Made by a program: the position numbers and the translations under genes
Notes under the pieces: generated by a model
Database searches by the model: none
The model's input: only the letters and a program-made list of their open reading frames with translations
What the model was told of the DNA's origin: nothing
Shown here: piece after piece, positions 47,030 to 55,567 of the stretch
How positions within the stretch are numbered: position 1 is the stretch's first letter
How the letters are laid out: every line of letters begins with the position of its first letter
Origin: SAR86 cluster bacterium AG-422-O05
Lineage (GTDB): Bacteria; Pseudomonadota; Gammaproteobacteria; Magnimaribacterales; D2472
Direction of reading: 5' to 3'
Length of the DNA stretch: 64,000 bases
Assembly (NCBI GenBank): GCA_003213495.1
Contig: QCMW01000001.1
Coordinates: 710,104 to 774,103, forward strand

Positions 47030-48181
47030 ATGTCACAATCACAATTACCTTTACTCATTGGAATAGGATCAAGAATTAGAAAGTCTCCTTATTATGAGTC
47101 AGATTTAAAGTATGGTGTAACCGGCTTTACTGTTTATAATAAAATGTATCTGCCTACAGGTTTTTCTGGTCCAGAAAAAGAATATGAAAGTTTAATCAAT
47201 GATGTTACCTTTGGTGATTTTGCTGCAGAGCGACAAATTGAAATTAGCGGACCTGATGCATATGATTTTATAAGATATATTCAACCAAGAAATTTAGAAA
47301 AGTGTGAAATAGGTTTTTGCAAATATATTTTACTAACTGATATGAACGGTGGCATTATTAATGATGCATGTCTGTTGAGGCTAGAAGAGAACAGGTTCTG
47401 GATATCTCCTGGAGATGGCGACGTAATTCTTTGGTTACAAGGAATTGCTATTAACTCTGGAATGGACGTCTCTATACATGAGCCTGATGTGTCACCTCTT
47501 CAAATTAGTGGTCCAAAGTCAGGGAAATTGATTCAAAAACTTTTTAATGGTGAGCATGACGATTTAGGATATTACAAGGCAAGACAGACATCGTTAGAAG
47601 AAATTCCAATGGTTATTGCAAGAACTGGCTGGAGTGGTGAGTTAAGTTATGAGCTGTATCTTCAGGATGGAAAGCTTGGAAATAAATTATTTGAGTTAGT
47701 TTATAAAGCTGCTCAGGAATTTAAAGGTAGAGTTATAGCACCAAACACAATTAGAACCATCGAAGGAGGAATACTTTCTTATGGAAGTGATTTTGGAAGA
47801 GAACACAACCCTTTTACTATTGGCCTTGGAAGACTTGTTGACGTAGATCAAGAAATTGATTTTATTGGTAAGTCTGCTTTAAAAGAAATTAAAGAGAAAG
47901 GACTAACAGAAAAATTAGTTGGCATTGAACTAGAGGGTGACCCAATAATTAAAGTACCTGAAAATTTTTGGTCAGTTAAAAAGAATGATAAAAAAGTTGG
48001 AAGAGTTTCTAGAGCATTTTTCTCACCAAGATTACAAAAAAATATTGCACTTGCTATTGTAGATATAGAATATGCTGAAGAAGAAACTCATGTAGTTGTA
48101 GAATCATCTAATGGTGATTTAAAATCTAAAGTTGTGACTCTACCTTGGTTTAAAGCTGATAAAGAGACTCACCTAGATTAA
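47030..48181 (+). CDS. GcvT-family aminomethyltransferase, DmdA-like (candidate DMSP demethylase)
   Basis: 383 aa. The N-terminal R.RKSPYY......G....TVYN.M.LP..F....(E)Y..L...V...D...ERQ(I/V)E(I)(S/K)GPDA......(I/L).PR(N)L....G.C.Y.....(M/E)NGG(I)(I/L)ND resembles the DmdA subgroup more than canonical GcvT, as recalled from memory. Confidence 0.5.
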   Translation: MSQSQLPLLIGIGSRIRKSPYYESDLKYGVTGFTVYNKMYLPTGFSGPEKEYESLINDVTFGDFAAERQIEISGPDAYDFIRYIQPRNLEKCEIGFCKYILLTDMNGGIINDACLLRLEENRFWISPGDGDVILWLQGIAINSGMDVSIHEPDVSPLQISGPKSGKLIQKLFNGEHDDLGYYKARQTSLEEIPMVIARTGWSGELSYELYLQDGKLGNKLFELVYKAAQEFKGRVIAPNTIRTIEGGILSYGSDFGREHNPFTIGLGRLVDVDQEIDFIGKSALKEIKEKGLTEKLVGIELEGDPIIKVPENFWSVKKNDKKVGRVSRAFFSPRLQKNIALAIVDIEYAEEETHVVVESSNGDLKSKVVTLPWFKADKETHLD

Positions 48182-48183
48182 AT

Positions 48184-48696
48184 ATGTCCATTAAATACAA
48201 CATAGTATTTTTACTTTTAATTTTATCTTTAAATCTAATGTCTAATATTTCAAATGATCCATCAAATTGGTATGTCGTAACTGATCAGGTAATGGGGGGA
48301 AAATCAGAACTTAAGGCAGACTATAACGATGGTATTTTTAGTTTAAGTGGATTCGTTACTACTGAAAATAATGGCGGTTTTGTAAGATTGGCTCACAGAC
48401 CAAACAATGTTGATCAATCAGTTAAAGGTATTCGTTTTATGGCAAAAGGAAACGATGAAACATATGAGATACATGTGACCATGCAAGGCATGAGAATGCC
48501 TCCATGGGCTTACCATAGTTCAAAATTTGATGTAAGTGATGAATGGCAGATGTTTGAAATAAATTTTGCTAACTTTGAAAAAAAATCAGGCATGTCTCCT
48601 AAGCTGCGTCCAAATAATATTAGAGATATTAGCTTTGCAGGATATGGAAGAAATTTCAATGTTGAACTTCATGTCAAAGAGATCAGCTTCTATTAA
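48184..48696 (+). CDS. CIA30 (complex I intermediate-associated protein 30)-like domain protein with a signal peptide
   Basis: W.VVTD.VMGG.S motif, beta-sandwich-like sequence and a hydrophobic N-terminus. Confidence 0.6.
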   Translation: MSIKYNIVFLLLILSLNLMSNISNDPSNWYVVTDQVMGGKSELKADYNDGIFSLSGFVTTENNGGFVRLAHRPNNVDQSVKGIRFMAKGNDETYEIHVTMQGMRMPPWAYHSSKFDVSDEWQMFEINFANFEKKSGMSPKLRPNNIRDISFAGYGRNFNVELHVKEISFY

Positions 48697-49151
48697 TGTT
48701 TTCTTCTAAAGATAAGCTTTTCATGGAAAGAGCTTTTGAGTTAGCTGTAGAATCTTTTGATGACGAGGAAGTGCCCGTTGGAGCTATTATAGTTAAGGAT
48801 GGAAAGATAATAGGCGAGGGAAGAAACAAAGTAATATCTAAAAATGATGTGACTTCGCATGCTGAAATTAATGCGCTAAGGAATGCATCAAAAAATATCA
48901 ATAACTATAGGCTTAATGACTGTTTAATGTACGTAACGCTTGAGCCATGTCATATGTGTGCAAAAGCTGCATTAGATGCAAGACTAAGTTCAATAGTTTT
49001 TGCAGCTAAAGAGCCAAAAACTGGCAGCATAGTATCTGTAGATAATTTTTTAGATAAAAAACTATTTAACCACACCGTTACATATCGCTATGGTCTTATG
49101 GAAGATAGAAGCTCAAAGTTACTAAGAGAGTTTTTTAAATTAAGGAGATAA
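48696..49151 (+). CDS. tadA: tRNA-specific adenosine deaminase
   Basis: CDA fold motifs (T)(S)HAEI.ALR and (V)TLEPC.MC. Size about 150 aa. The start overlaps the upstream stop (TAATG). Confidence 0.88.
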   Translation: MFSSKDKLFMERAFELAVESFDDEEVPVGAIIVKDGKIIGEGRNKVISKNDVTSHAEINALRNASKNINNYRLNDCLMYVTLEPCHMCAKAALDARLSSIVFAAKEPKTGSIVSVDNFLDKKLFNHTVTYRYGLMEDRSSKLLREFFKLRR

Positions 49152-49589
49152 CTAAATATCCTTAGTCATTGTAGTGTGAGGTATTCCGGTATCGGATCCA
49201 TGATATTTCTCTAAAATTTTATATTTAGCAGCTGTGTAAAATTTTATTGCATGATCTCTAGCATTAAGAATGATTTTATCTACGTTATTATCTTTAGCAT
49301 GACTTTCTAGCACTGCAAGCATTGATGTCCCAAGACCTCTTCTCTGATATTCCTTATCGACTGCCATGTATCTTATTTGAGCTTTTGAATCATCAATAAA
49401 ATGCAATCTTCCACATGCGACTATCTGGTTATCGATAACTCCAACTAAGTGAAAACTGTTGTCTTCATATTCATCTTTTAAAGATTCAATCGTTTTTCCA
49501 ATAGGTTTTCTGAGTAATCGCCATCTAAACAAATCATATTCATTAAATTCTTTTTCATCTTTAGGAACTCTAAATTCTAGATTATTCAT
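49152..49589 (-). CDS. GNAT-family N-acetyltransferase
   Basis: Acetyl-CoA binding motif (V)...YQRRGLGT.ML. 145 aa. Confidence 0.75.
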   Translation of the reverse strand: MNNLEFRVPKDEKEFNEYDLFRWRLLRKPIGKTIESLKDEYEDNSFHLVGVIDNQIVACGRLHFIDDSKAQIRYMAVDKEYQRRGLGTSMLAVLESHAKDNNVDKIILNARDHAIKFYTAAKYKILEKYHGSDTGIPHTTMTKDI

Positions 49590-50394
49590 TGAGCTCTAAC
49601 CATACAGGACAATGATCTGATGGTTTCTCCATAGCTCGAGCATCATAATCAATGCCAACAAGATTGATGGAGCTTTTTAGATTTTCTGATAATAATATGT
49701 GGTCTATTCTTAATCCTCGTTTTGGATTTTGATCAAACATTCTTGATCTATAATCGAACCAAGAGTAAATTGAAGATTCGTTAGGATTTATAACCCTCCA
49801 TGAATCCACGAAGCCTAAGTTTTTAATACTATTCCACATTTCTCTTTCTTGTGGTTGGAAAGATGTTTTTCCCTCTCTTAGCCATCTTTTTGCGTTTTGT
49901 TCGCCGATTCCAATATCAATATCTTCAGGAGATACATTAAAGTCACCCATGACAATTAAATTCTTTGAATCTTTTTGTAACTCCTTTATATGGATATATA
50001 AATCATTATAAAATTTAACTTTTTTTGGAAATTTTGTTTCATGGTTAATATTTTCACCCTGTGGAAAATATCCATTCATAATAACAATACTAGAATTTCC
50101 AAATTTATATTTACATTGTATAAATCTTTTTTGCTCTTCTTCTGTATCACTCACAAAACCTTTAGAGGTATCTAATGGCTTTTCTTTACTTAGAAATGCA
50201 ACACCGTAGTGACCTTTTTGGCCCCAATACTCTGCGTGATAACCAATTTCATTTATGATTTCAATTGGAAATTCTGGATCATTAACTTTGGTTTCTTGTA
50301 GACCAATAACATCAGGATTTATTGTGTCTCTTATATGTTCAAGCTGATGAGGCCTTGCTCTTACACTATTGATATTAAAGGATACAATTTTCAT
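49582..50394 (-). CDS. xthA: Exodeoxyribonuclease III
   Basis: Preferred start is the ATG at 50394: MKIVSFNINSVRARPHQLE.I.....PDVIGLQETKV.D..FP is collinear with E. coli ExoIII. The C-terminal RID(H)IL.S and SDH.PVW are present. Confidence 0.9.
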   Translation of the reverse strand: MKIVSFNINSVRARPHQLEHIRDTINPDVIGLQETKVNDPEFPIEIINEIGYHAEYWGQKGHYGVAFLSKEKPLDTSKGFVSDTEEEQKRFIQCKYKFGNSSIVIMNGYFPQGENINHETKFPKKVKFYNDLYIHIKELQKDSKNLIVMGDFNVSPEDIDIGIGEQNAKRWLREGKTSFQPQEREMWNSIKNLGFVDSWRVINPNESSIYSWFDYRSRMFDQNPKRGLRIDHILLSENLKSSINLVGIDYDARAMEKPSDHCPVWLELNE

Positions 50395-50395
50395 T

Positions 50396-52444
50396 TTAGT
50401 CCACAGAAGATAACATTTTTTTCTTACCAAAGTTTAAAAAATCATTAATAATTTTTGTTGACTCTATCAATAAGTAATCATCCTCTAAGTTAATAGAATT
50501 TTGGTTGAGACTATCTTTATCATCTTTGAAGTTTTCCATTTCCTCAAAAGAATTAAATATATCTAATCCAATCTCAGACCTTCTTTCATTCTCAATATCT
50601 AATAACCAACTTCTTCTCAATTCCTTTTGAATTGTTCTTTTATTAATATTAAGGCTCAATAACTTTTTGTTTTTATTTAAGTCGTATCTATTTCTTACCT
50701 TTTGAAGATAATTTAGATTAGGCTCAAAAGTTAAACGTGATTCGTGTTGGTTCAAAACTTTCTCAACTAAATGTGGCTCCAGTTTAAATTTTTTATGTCT
50801 GTATGGTCTGATAGTGTCCCATTTTAAAGCGGTTGGATAGGAACTTTCTCCAACGGTATCAATATCCCATGTTGAGGGCAGCTCAATATCAGGGATTACT
50901 CCTTTATTTTGTGTGCTTGTCCCATTGACTCTGTAATATTTAGATTCAGTAATTTTTATTTGACCTTCAGACAAATTTTCTAAGCTTTGTACAGTACCTT
51001 TGCCAAAAGTTCTTTGGCCAACAACAATACCTCTTTTATAGTCTTGAATTGCTCCAGCTACTATTTCAGAAGCTGATGCTGAATAACGATTTACCAATAT
51101 CAATACTGGCTTTTCCCAAACTTGAACAGCTCTTGAATCTCCATATGGCTGAATAAATCCTCTGCTTTGTTTAACTTGAACAGTGGGACCGGATGATACA
51201 AATAAACCAATAATTTTATTTGCTTCAATTAAAGCTCCGCCTCCATTGTTTCTTAGATCAAGCACAACAGCATCAACCTCAACTTCATTAAATGTTTTTA
51301 GAATACTTCTTATATCTTTGCTGCTACTTCTGTAATTTTTATTTCCTTTTTGAAATTCATCAAAATCAATATAAAAGGAGGGCAGGTCAATTATTCCAAT
51401 CTTGTTATTTTCAAATTGAATAATCTCTGATTTAGCCGCTCTGTCTTCCAATTTTACTTCTTCTCTTTTGAGAGTTACTAATTTTGTAGTATCGCTATCT
51501 GCTTCAAATGAAATAAATTCTATTTCAACCTCAGTTCCTGCTTCGCCTCTAATCAGATCAACAACCTCATCAATTCTCCAACCAACCACATCAGTAAAAT
51601 CATCAGAACCCTTTTGTCTAATTTTTGAAATCCTATCCTCTGGCTTTATTTTTCCTGATTTTTGAGCGGGACCTCCAGGCACTAAACTTATAATTTTTGT
51701 ATAGTCTTCTTCAACGCCTAATAGCGCACCAATACCACTTAATTTAAGGCTCATATTCATATCAAAATCCTCAGCCGATCTTGGAGAAAGATATGACGAA
51801 TGAGGATCAAATTGATTAGTTAAAATATTTATTGCTAGAGAAAAAATATCTTCTTCCTTTTGTTGATTAATTCTTCTTACTCTGTTTGCATATCTTTTCT
51901 TTAAATCCTCCTTTGGATTTGAGCTAGCAGAGTCCGACATATTCGCAACAAGTAAATCATTTTTAGTTTCAAGTCTCCATAATTCTTTTAAGCTTTTATT
52001 ACTGGAAACCCATTGGTTATCTTCATAGAAGATATCCAGGTATTCTTCTTTGCTAAAATCGAATTCAAATTCGTCTAACAAATAAATTTGATAATCTGAA
52101 AAATCAATTAATTTTTTATAATAGAGATTTATAAGGTTGTATGCCAATCCGATATCAAAATAATCTGAATTATTCTGCATAGATTTTGATAAGAAAAATT
52201 CAACCTCCTCTTTTGTAAAATAAGTTTTATTCTTATCAAGCTTTTCAAAGATTGCTTTTATATATCTTTCATTAAAATTATCTTTGTTTATTTTTTTTAA
52301 ATAATGCTCTTTTTCAAGTTTTTTAAAGATTTCTTTACTAAGGCCTTTCTTAGAATCACTTAATTCAATGTTTACATATTCATTTGCAAAGACAAATGTA
52401 CATAAAAAGAGAAATAAAAATTTGTAATTCATCATAATATTCAT
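50396..52444 (-). CDS. prc: Tail-specific (C-terminal processing) protease, S41 family
   Basis: 682 aa. Signal peptide, PDZ region (G(I)GA.L.......I..(L)(V)PGGPA.K(S)G.I...D.I) and the S41 motif N(R)(Y)SASASEI.AGA(I)QDY.R(G).(V)VG..TFGKGTVQ. Confidence 0.88.
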   Translation of the reverse strand: MNIMMNYKFLFLFLCTFVFANEYVNIELSDSKKGLSKEIFKKLEKEHYLKKINKDNFNERYIKAIFEKLDKNKTYFTKEEVEFFLSKSMQNNSDYFDIGLAYNLINLYYKKLIDFSDYQIYLLDEFEFDFSKEEYLDIFYEDNQWVSSNKSLKELWRLETKNDLLVANMSDSASSNPKEDLKKRYANRVRRINQQKEEDIFSLAINILTNQFDPHSSYLSPRSAEDFDMNMSLKLSGIGALLGVEEDYTKIISLVPGGPAQKSGKIKPEDRISKIRQKGSDDFTDVVGWRIDEVVDLIRGEAGTEVEIEFISFEADSDTTKLVTLKREEVKLEDRAAKSEIIQFENNKIGIIDLPSFYIDFDEFQKGNKNYRSSSKDIRSILKTFNEVEVDAVVLDLRNNGGGALIEANKIIGLFVSSGPTVQVKQSRGFIQPYGDSRAVQVWEKPVLILVNRYSASASEIVAGAIQDYKRGIVVGQRTFGKGTVQSLENLSEGQIKITESKYYRVNGTSTQNKGVIPDIELPSTWDIDTVGESSYPTALKWDTIRPYRHKKFKLEPHLVEKVLNQHESRLTFEPNLNYLQKVRNRYDLNKNKKLLSLNINKRTIQKELRRSWLLDIENERRSEIGLDIFNSFEEMENFKDDKDSLNQNSINLEDDYLLIESTKIINDFLNFGKKKMLSSVD

Positions 52445-53529
52445 AGATTTTGAGCAAGAGCTGCTTCTTCTCTAACTATCTCGGGTGAACCTAATAAATG
52501 CCTATTCAATCCTATTCTTTTGAACCAAAAATGAAGTCCTAAAAGATCAGTAAAACCCATGCCGCCATGAACTTCTGTTGCTTTTTTTGAAATCATTTTT
52601 GATACATCTGATACATGTGATTTAGCATGACATGCCATAAGCTTTTTGTTTTCTTCATTATTATCAAATGAATGAGCTGCATGCCACACTAACGAATAAC
52701 AAGGTTCTAACTCTGAGGCCATTTCTGCACACATATGCTTAACTGCTTGGAAAGATCCTATAACTCTATTAAATTGTTTCCTTTCTTTCGAGTATTCTAC
52801 GGCTTTGTCGAGCATGGCTTTAGATGCACCTAATGAGTCTGCAGCTGTGACAATTCTTCCTGCATCAATAGCATTACTGATACTTTCTGAAGATTTTATC
52901 GTTTTTTCTAAGATATCTATATCAGTATTTTTAAAACTCATTTCTTTAAATATTCTTGTTTTATCAATTGTAATTAAATCAGTCATTTCTATTCCACAAG
53001 ACTCTAAAGAAACTATTCCTATTTGACCTTTACTATCAGATAGCATTATGTGAGATGCATAATCAGTATCTATAACAAAATAGGTTTTTCCGGTGACTGT
53101 ATTTTTTGAGAAAACAATATTTGATTCATCTCGTGATCCAAAAAATTCAGAAAAACCAATTCCAAAATTAATTGTATTTTTTGACATCGCATCTAAATAA
53201 AGGTTTTTTTGTTTATCATTTGCTCCATATCTAATTGATATTGGAGCCATCACATAAGAACCTGTAAAGGGCAGGGTAGCTATTCCCTCTCCAAGACTTT
53301 GAGCTACAGCAGTTGCAAATAACAAGTCTAACCCCAGACCGCCATTCTCTTCAGGAATTAAAATATTATTTATACCAAGATTTACTATACCTTTATGTAA
53401 ATCACTTTTAATGATTGAGTCATCACTATTAGATATTTCTTTTATGATATCTAAGGGTGCGTTATCTTCAAGGAATTTTTTTACATTATCTTGAAAGAAA
53501 ATTTGATCATCTGATAATCCAAAATGCAT
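52441..53529 (-). CDS. Acyl-CoA dehydrogenase family protein, probable non-catalytic (beta-type) subunit
   Basis: 362 aa with an ACAD fold (A...LG.S.A(M)LD.AVEYSKER.QF...IGSFQA(V)KH.CA(E)M). There is no Glu at either usual catalytic-base position (DAGRIV and LLGSPEI). Confidence 0.65.
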   Translation of the reverse strand: MHFGLSDDQIFFQDNVKKFLEDNAPLDIIKEISNSDDSIIKSDLHKGIVNLGINNILIPEENGGLGLDLLFATAVAQSLGEGIATLPFTGSYVMAPISIRYGANDKQKNLYLDAMSKNTINFGIGFSEFFGSRDESNIVFSKNTVTGKTYFVIDTDYASHIMLSDSKGQIGIVSLESCGIEMTDLITIDKTRIFKEMSFKNTDIDILEKTIKSSESISNAIDAGRIVTAADSLGASKAMLDKAVEYSKERKQFNRVIGSFQAVKHMCAEMASELEPCYSLVWHAAHSFDNNEENKKLMACHAKSHVSDVSKMISKKATEVHGGMGFTDLLGLHFWFKRIGLNRHLLGSPEIVREEAALAQNL

Positions 53530-53530
53530 A

Positions 53531-54754
53531 TTATGCTCCCTGTTGCACTTTTGGTTCTTTGGGCATACCTAAACCTCTTTCAGAAATAATATTCTTTTGT
53601 ATTTGACTTGTACCGCCTCCAATAATAAGCCCTAAAAAATACATATATGCAATTTGCCATGATCCACCATCTCTAAGATTAGGACTATTTTGATATAAAG
53701 TTCCTAATTCACCCATAATATCAATTGCAAACCCCTCAAGCTCATGTCTCAATTCAGTTCCAACATATTTTTGAATCATTCCTGCAATTTTTACATCTTG
53801 ATTTTTATTCAATTTTGCAGATAAAACTCTAAGAGAATTTGATTGGAATGCAATTACTTTGCCTTGGATTTTCATAAGTTTATCTCTGTAGACTGGATTA
53901 TCGATAACTTTTTGTCCATTGATAGTTTCGTTCTTCATTCTTTCAATTAGGGCATTAAGTCTATTCATCATTGCGTTTGGGTTTGATAGCGAACCTCTTT
54001 CATGACTAAGTGTTGCATTTGCAACTGACCAACCTTCTCCTCTTTTTCCAACAATATTATTTTCAGGAATAGTTACGTCTGTAAAAAAGACTTCATTGAA
54101 ACCAGCATTAAGAGTCATATCAACCAATGGCCTTATTTCAATACCAGGAGTATCCATTGGAATTAATAAATAACTTATTCCTGCATGTTTCGGAGCATCA
54201 TGCTCTGTTCTGACTAAACAGAACATCATTTGTGAGTATTGAGCAGTACTTGTCCATATTTTTTGACCATTTATAACCCAATTTCCATCAATCAATTCTG
54301 CTTTAGTTTGCAAACTAGCAAGGTCACTTCCAGCATTTGGCTCAGAATATCCCTGACACCAAATAATATCACCATGTAATGTTGGCTCAATATATTCTTT
54401 TTTTTGATCTTCTGTTCCAAGCTCCAGAAGTGTAGGAACAAGCATATCTATACCTTGACCACCCATTGGTGGAGGGGTATTGTTTTTTGCAAATTCTTCT
54501 GCAATGATTCTGTTTTTAATTATGTCAGTTTTACCACCGTAGCCACCATATTCTTTTGGAATTGATCTTGCAAAATAACCTTTTTCAATAAGCAGCTTTT
54601 GCCAATCAGATCTTTTCATTTTAATTTGACCAGATGAAAGTTCATCTGACAGAGGTATTTTTGAGGATTCTAGAAGAATACCAGAATATTCCTTACAAAA
54701 ATCATTCACCTCTTCTCTAAATTTAGTATATTCAGGTCCAAAATTTAAATCCAT
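53531..54754 (-). CDS. Acyl-CoA dehydrogenase family protein, probable catalytic (alpha-type) subunit
   Basis: 407 aa. (W)CQGYSEP.AGSDLA.L.T.A; GEGW.VA.ATLSHERG, with Glu at the IVD/LCAD/FadE26-type base position. The C-terminal GGGTSQIQ.N(I)I lacks the MCAD-type Glu. Confidence 0.7.
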   Translation of the reverse strand: MDLNFGPEYTKFREEVNDFCKEYSGILLESSKIPLSDELSSGQIKMKRSDWQKLLIEKGYFARSIPKEYGGYGGKTDIIKNRIIAEEFAKNNTPPPMGGQGIDMLVPTLLELGTEDQKKEYIEPTLHGDIIWCQGYSEPNAGSDLASLQTKAELIDGNWVINGQKIWTSTAQYSQMMFCLVRTEHDAPKHAGISYLLIPMDTPGIEIRPLVDMTLNAGFNEVFFTDVTIPENNIVGKRGEGWSVANATLSHERGSLSNPNAMMNRLNALIERMKNETINGQKVIDNPVYRDKLMKIQGKVIAFQSNSLRVLSAKLNKNQDVKIAGMIQKYVGTELRHELEGFAIDIMGELGTLYQNSPNLRDGGSWQIAYMYFLGLIIGGGTSQIQKNIISERGLGMPKEPKVQQGA

Positions 54755-54766
54755 AATATTTCCTTA

Positions 54767-55567
54767 TTAGTCCCAATTAGGTTTTCTTTTCTCAAGAAAT
54801 GCAGATATTCCTTCTTTTGCATCTTTCCCCTCAAAACATTTAGCAATTTGTTCTTTTAAATATGGCAGAGCTTCATCAAAGCTTCTTGAATCTTGTTTTT
54901 CATATGCCTCAAGGCCAAATTGCATTGTTTCAGGAGCCAAGCTTGCAAGCTCATCAGCTAGTTTATCAACTTTTTTATCAAGTTCCTCTTTTTTTACTGA
55001 TTCATTTATTAATCCCCATTTCATAGCTTTTTCAGAATTAATTGGCTTACCTCTCATAATAAAATCTAGTCCTGCTCTTTTAGGCATAACTCTAAATAAA
55101 CCTGCCATAACCATAAATGGCCATAATCCTCTATGAATCTCTGGTGCAGAAAAAGTTGCCTCATCAACTGCAATTGCATGTGTTGCATTTGATACAATTA
55201 AAAGAGCACCTGCAAGAACAGGACCTTGGATTTTACAAATGACTGGTTTGTATAAATGTCTTAATGAAAGGCTAATATCGTCTGAATTTTCAAGCCTTGG
55301 TACATTAGATTTTGACTCTGTTCTTGATAAATCTGCTCCAGCACAAAAAATATCACCATTAGCTGCAAACACAACCACTCTTATATCTTTTTCTTGTTTT
55401 GCATATGCTAATAAATAATTAATCTCATTAATCATCACATTATTCATAGCATTCTTTTTCTCAGGCCTATCCAATGTGATAGTCATAGTCTTATTTTTTA
55501 TGTTTATTTCAGTTGTTGAGAAATTCAAACCTTCTAAAGAGAGTTTTTTCATTTTATAAATCTCCAA
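54767..55567 (-). CDS. Enoyl-CoA hydratase/isomerase family protein (AtuE/LiuC-like position)
   Basis: Crotonase pattern (RPEK.NAM......E(I).......(K)....(R)VVV....G..FCAG(A)DL; KP(V)I..(I)(Q)G...(A)G...(I)......A). The start could be 55567 or 55552. Confidence 0.8.
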   Translation of the reverse strand: MEIYKMKKLSLEGLNFSTTEINIKNKTMTITLDRPEKKNAMNNVMINEINYLLAYAKQEKDIRVVVFAANGDIFCAGADLSRTESKSNVPRLENSDDISLSLRHLYKPVICKIQGPVLAGALLIVSNATHAIAVDEATFSAPEIHRGLWPFMVMAGLFRVMPKRAGLDFIMRGKPINSEKAMKWGLINESVKKEELDKKVDKLADELASLAPETMQFGLEAYEKQDSRSFDEALPYLKEQIAKCFEGKDAKEGISAFLEKRKPNWD

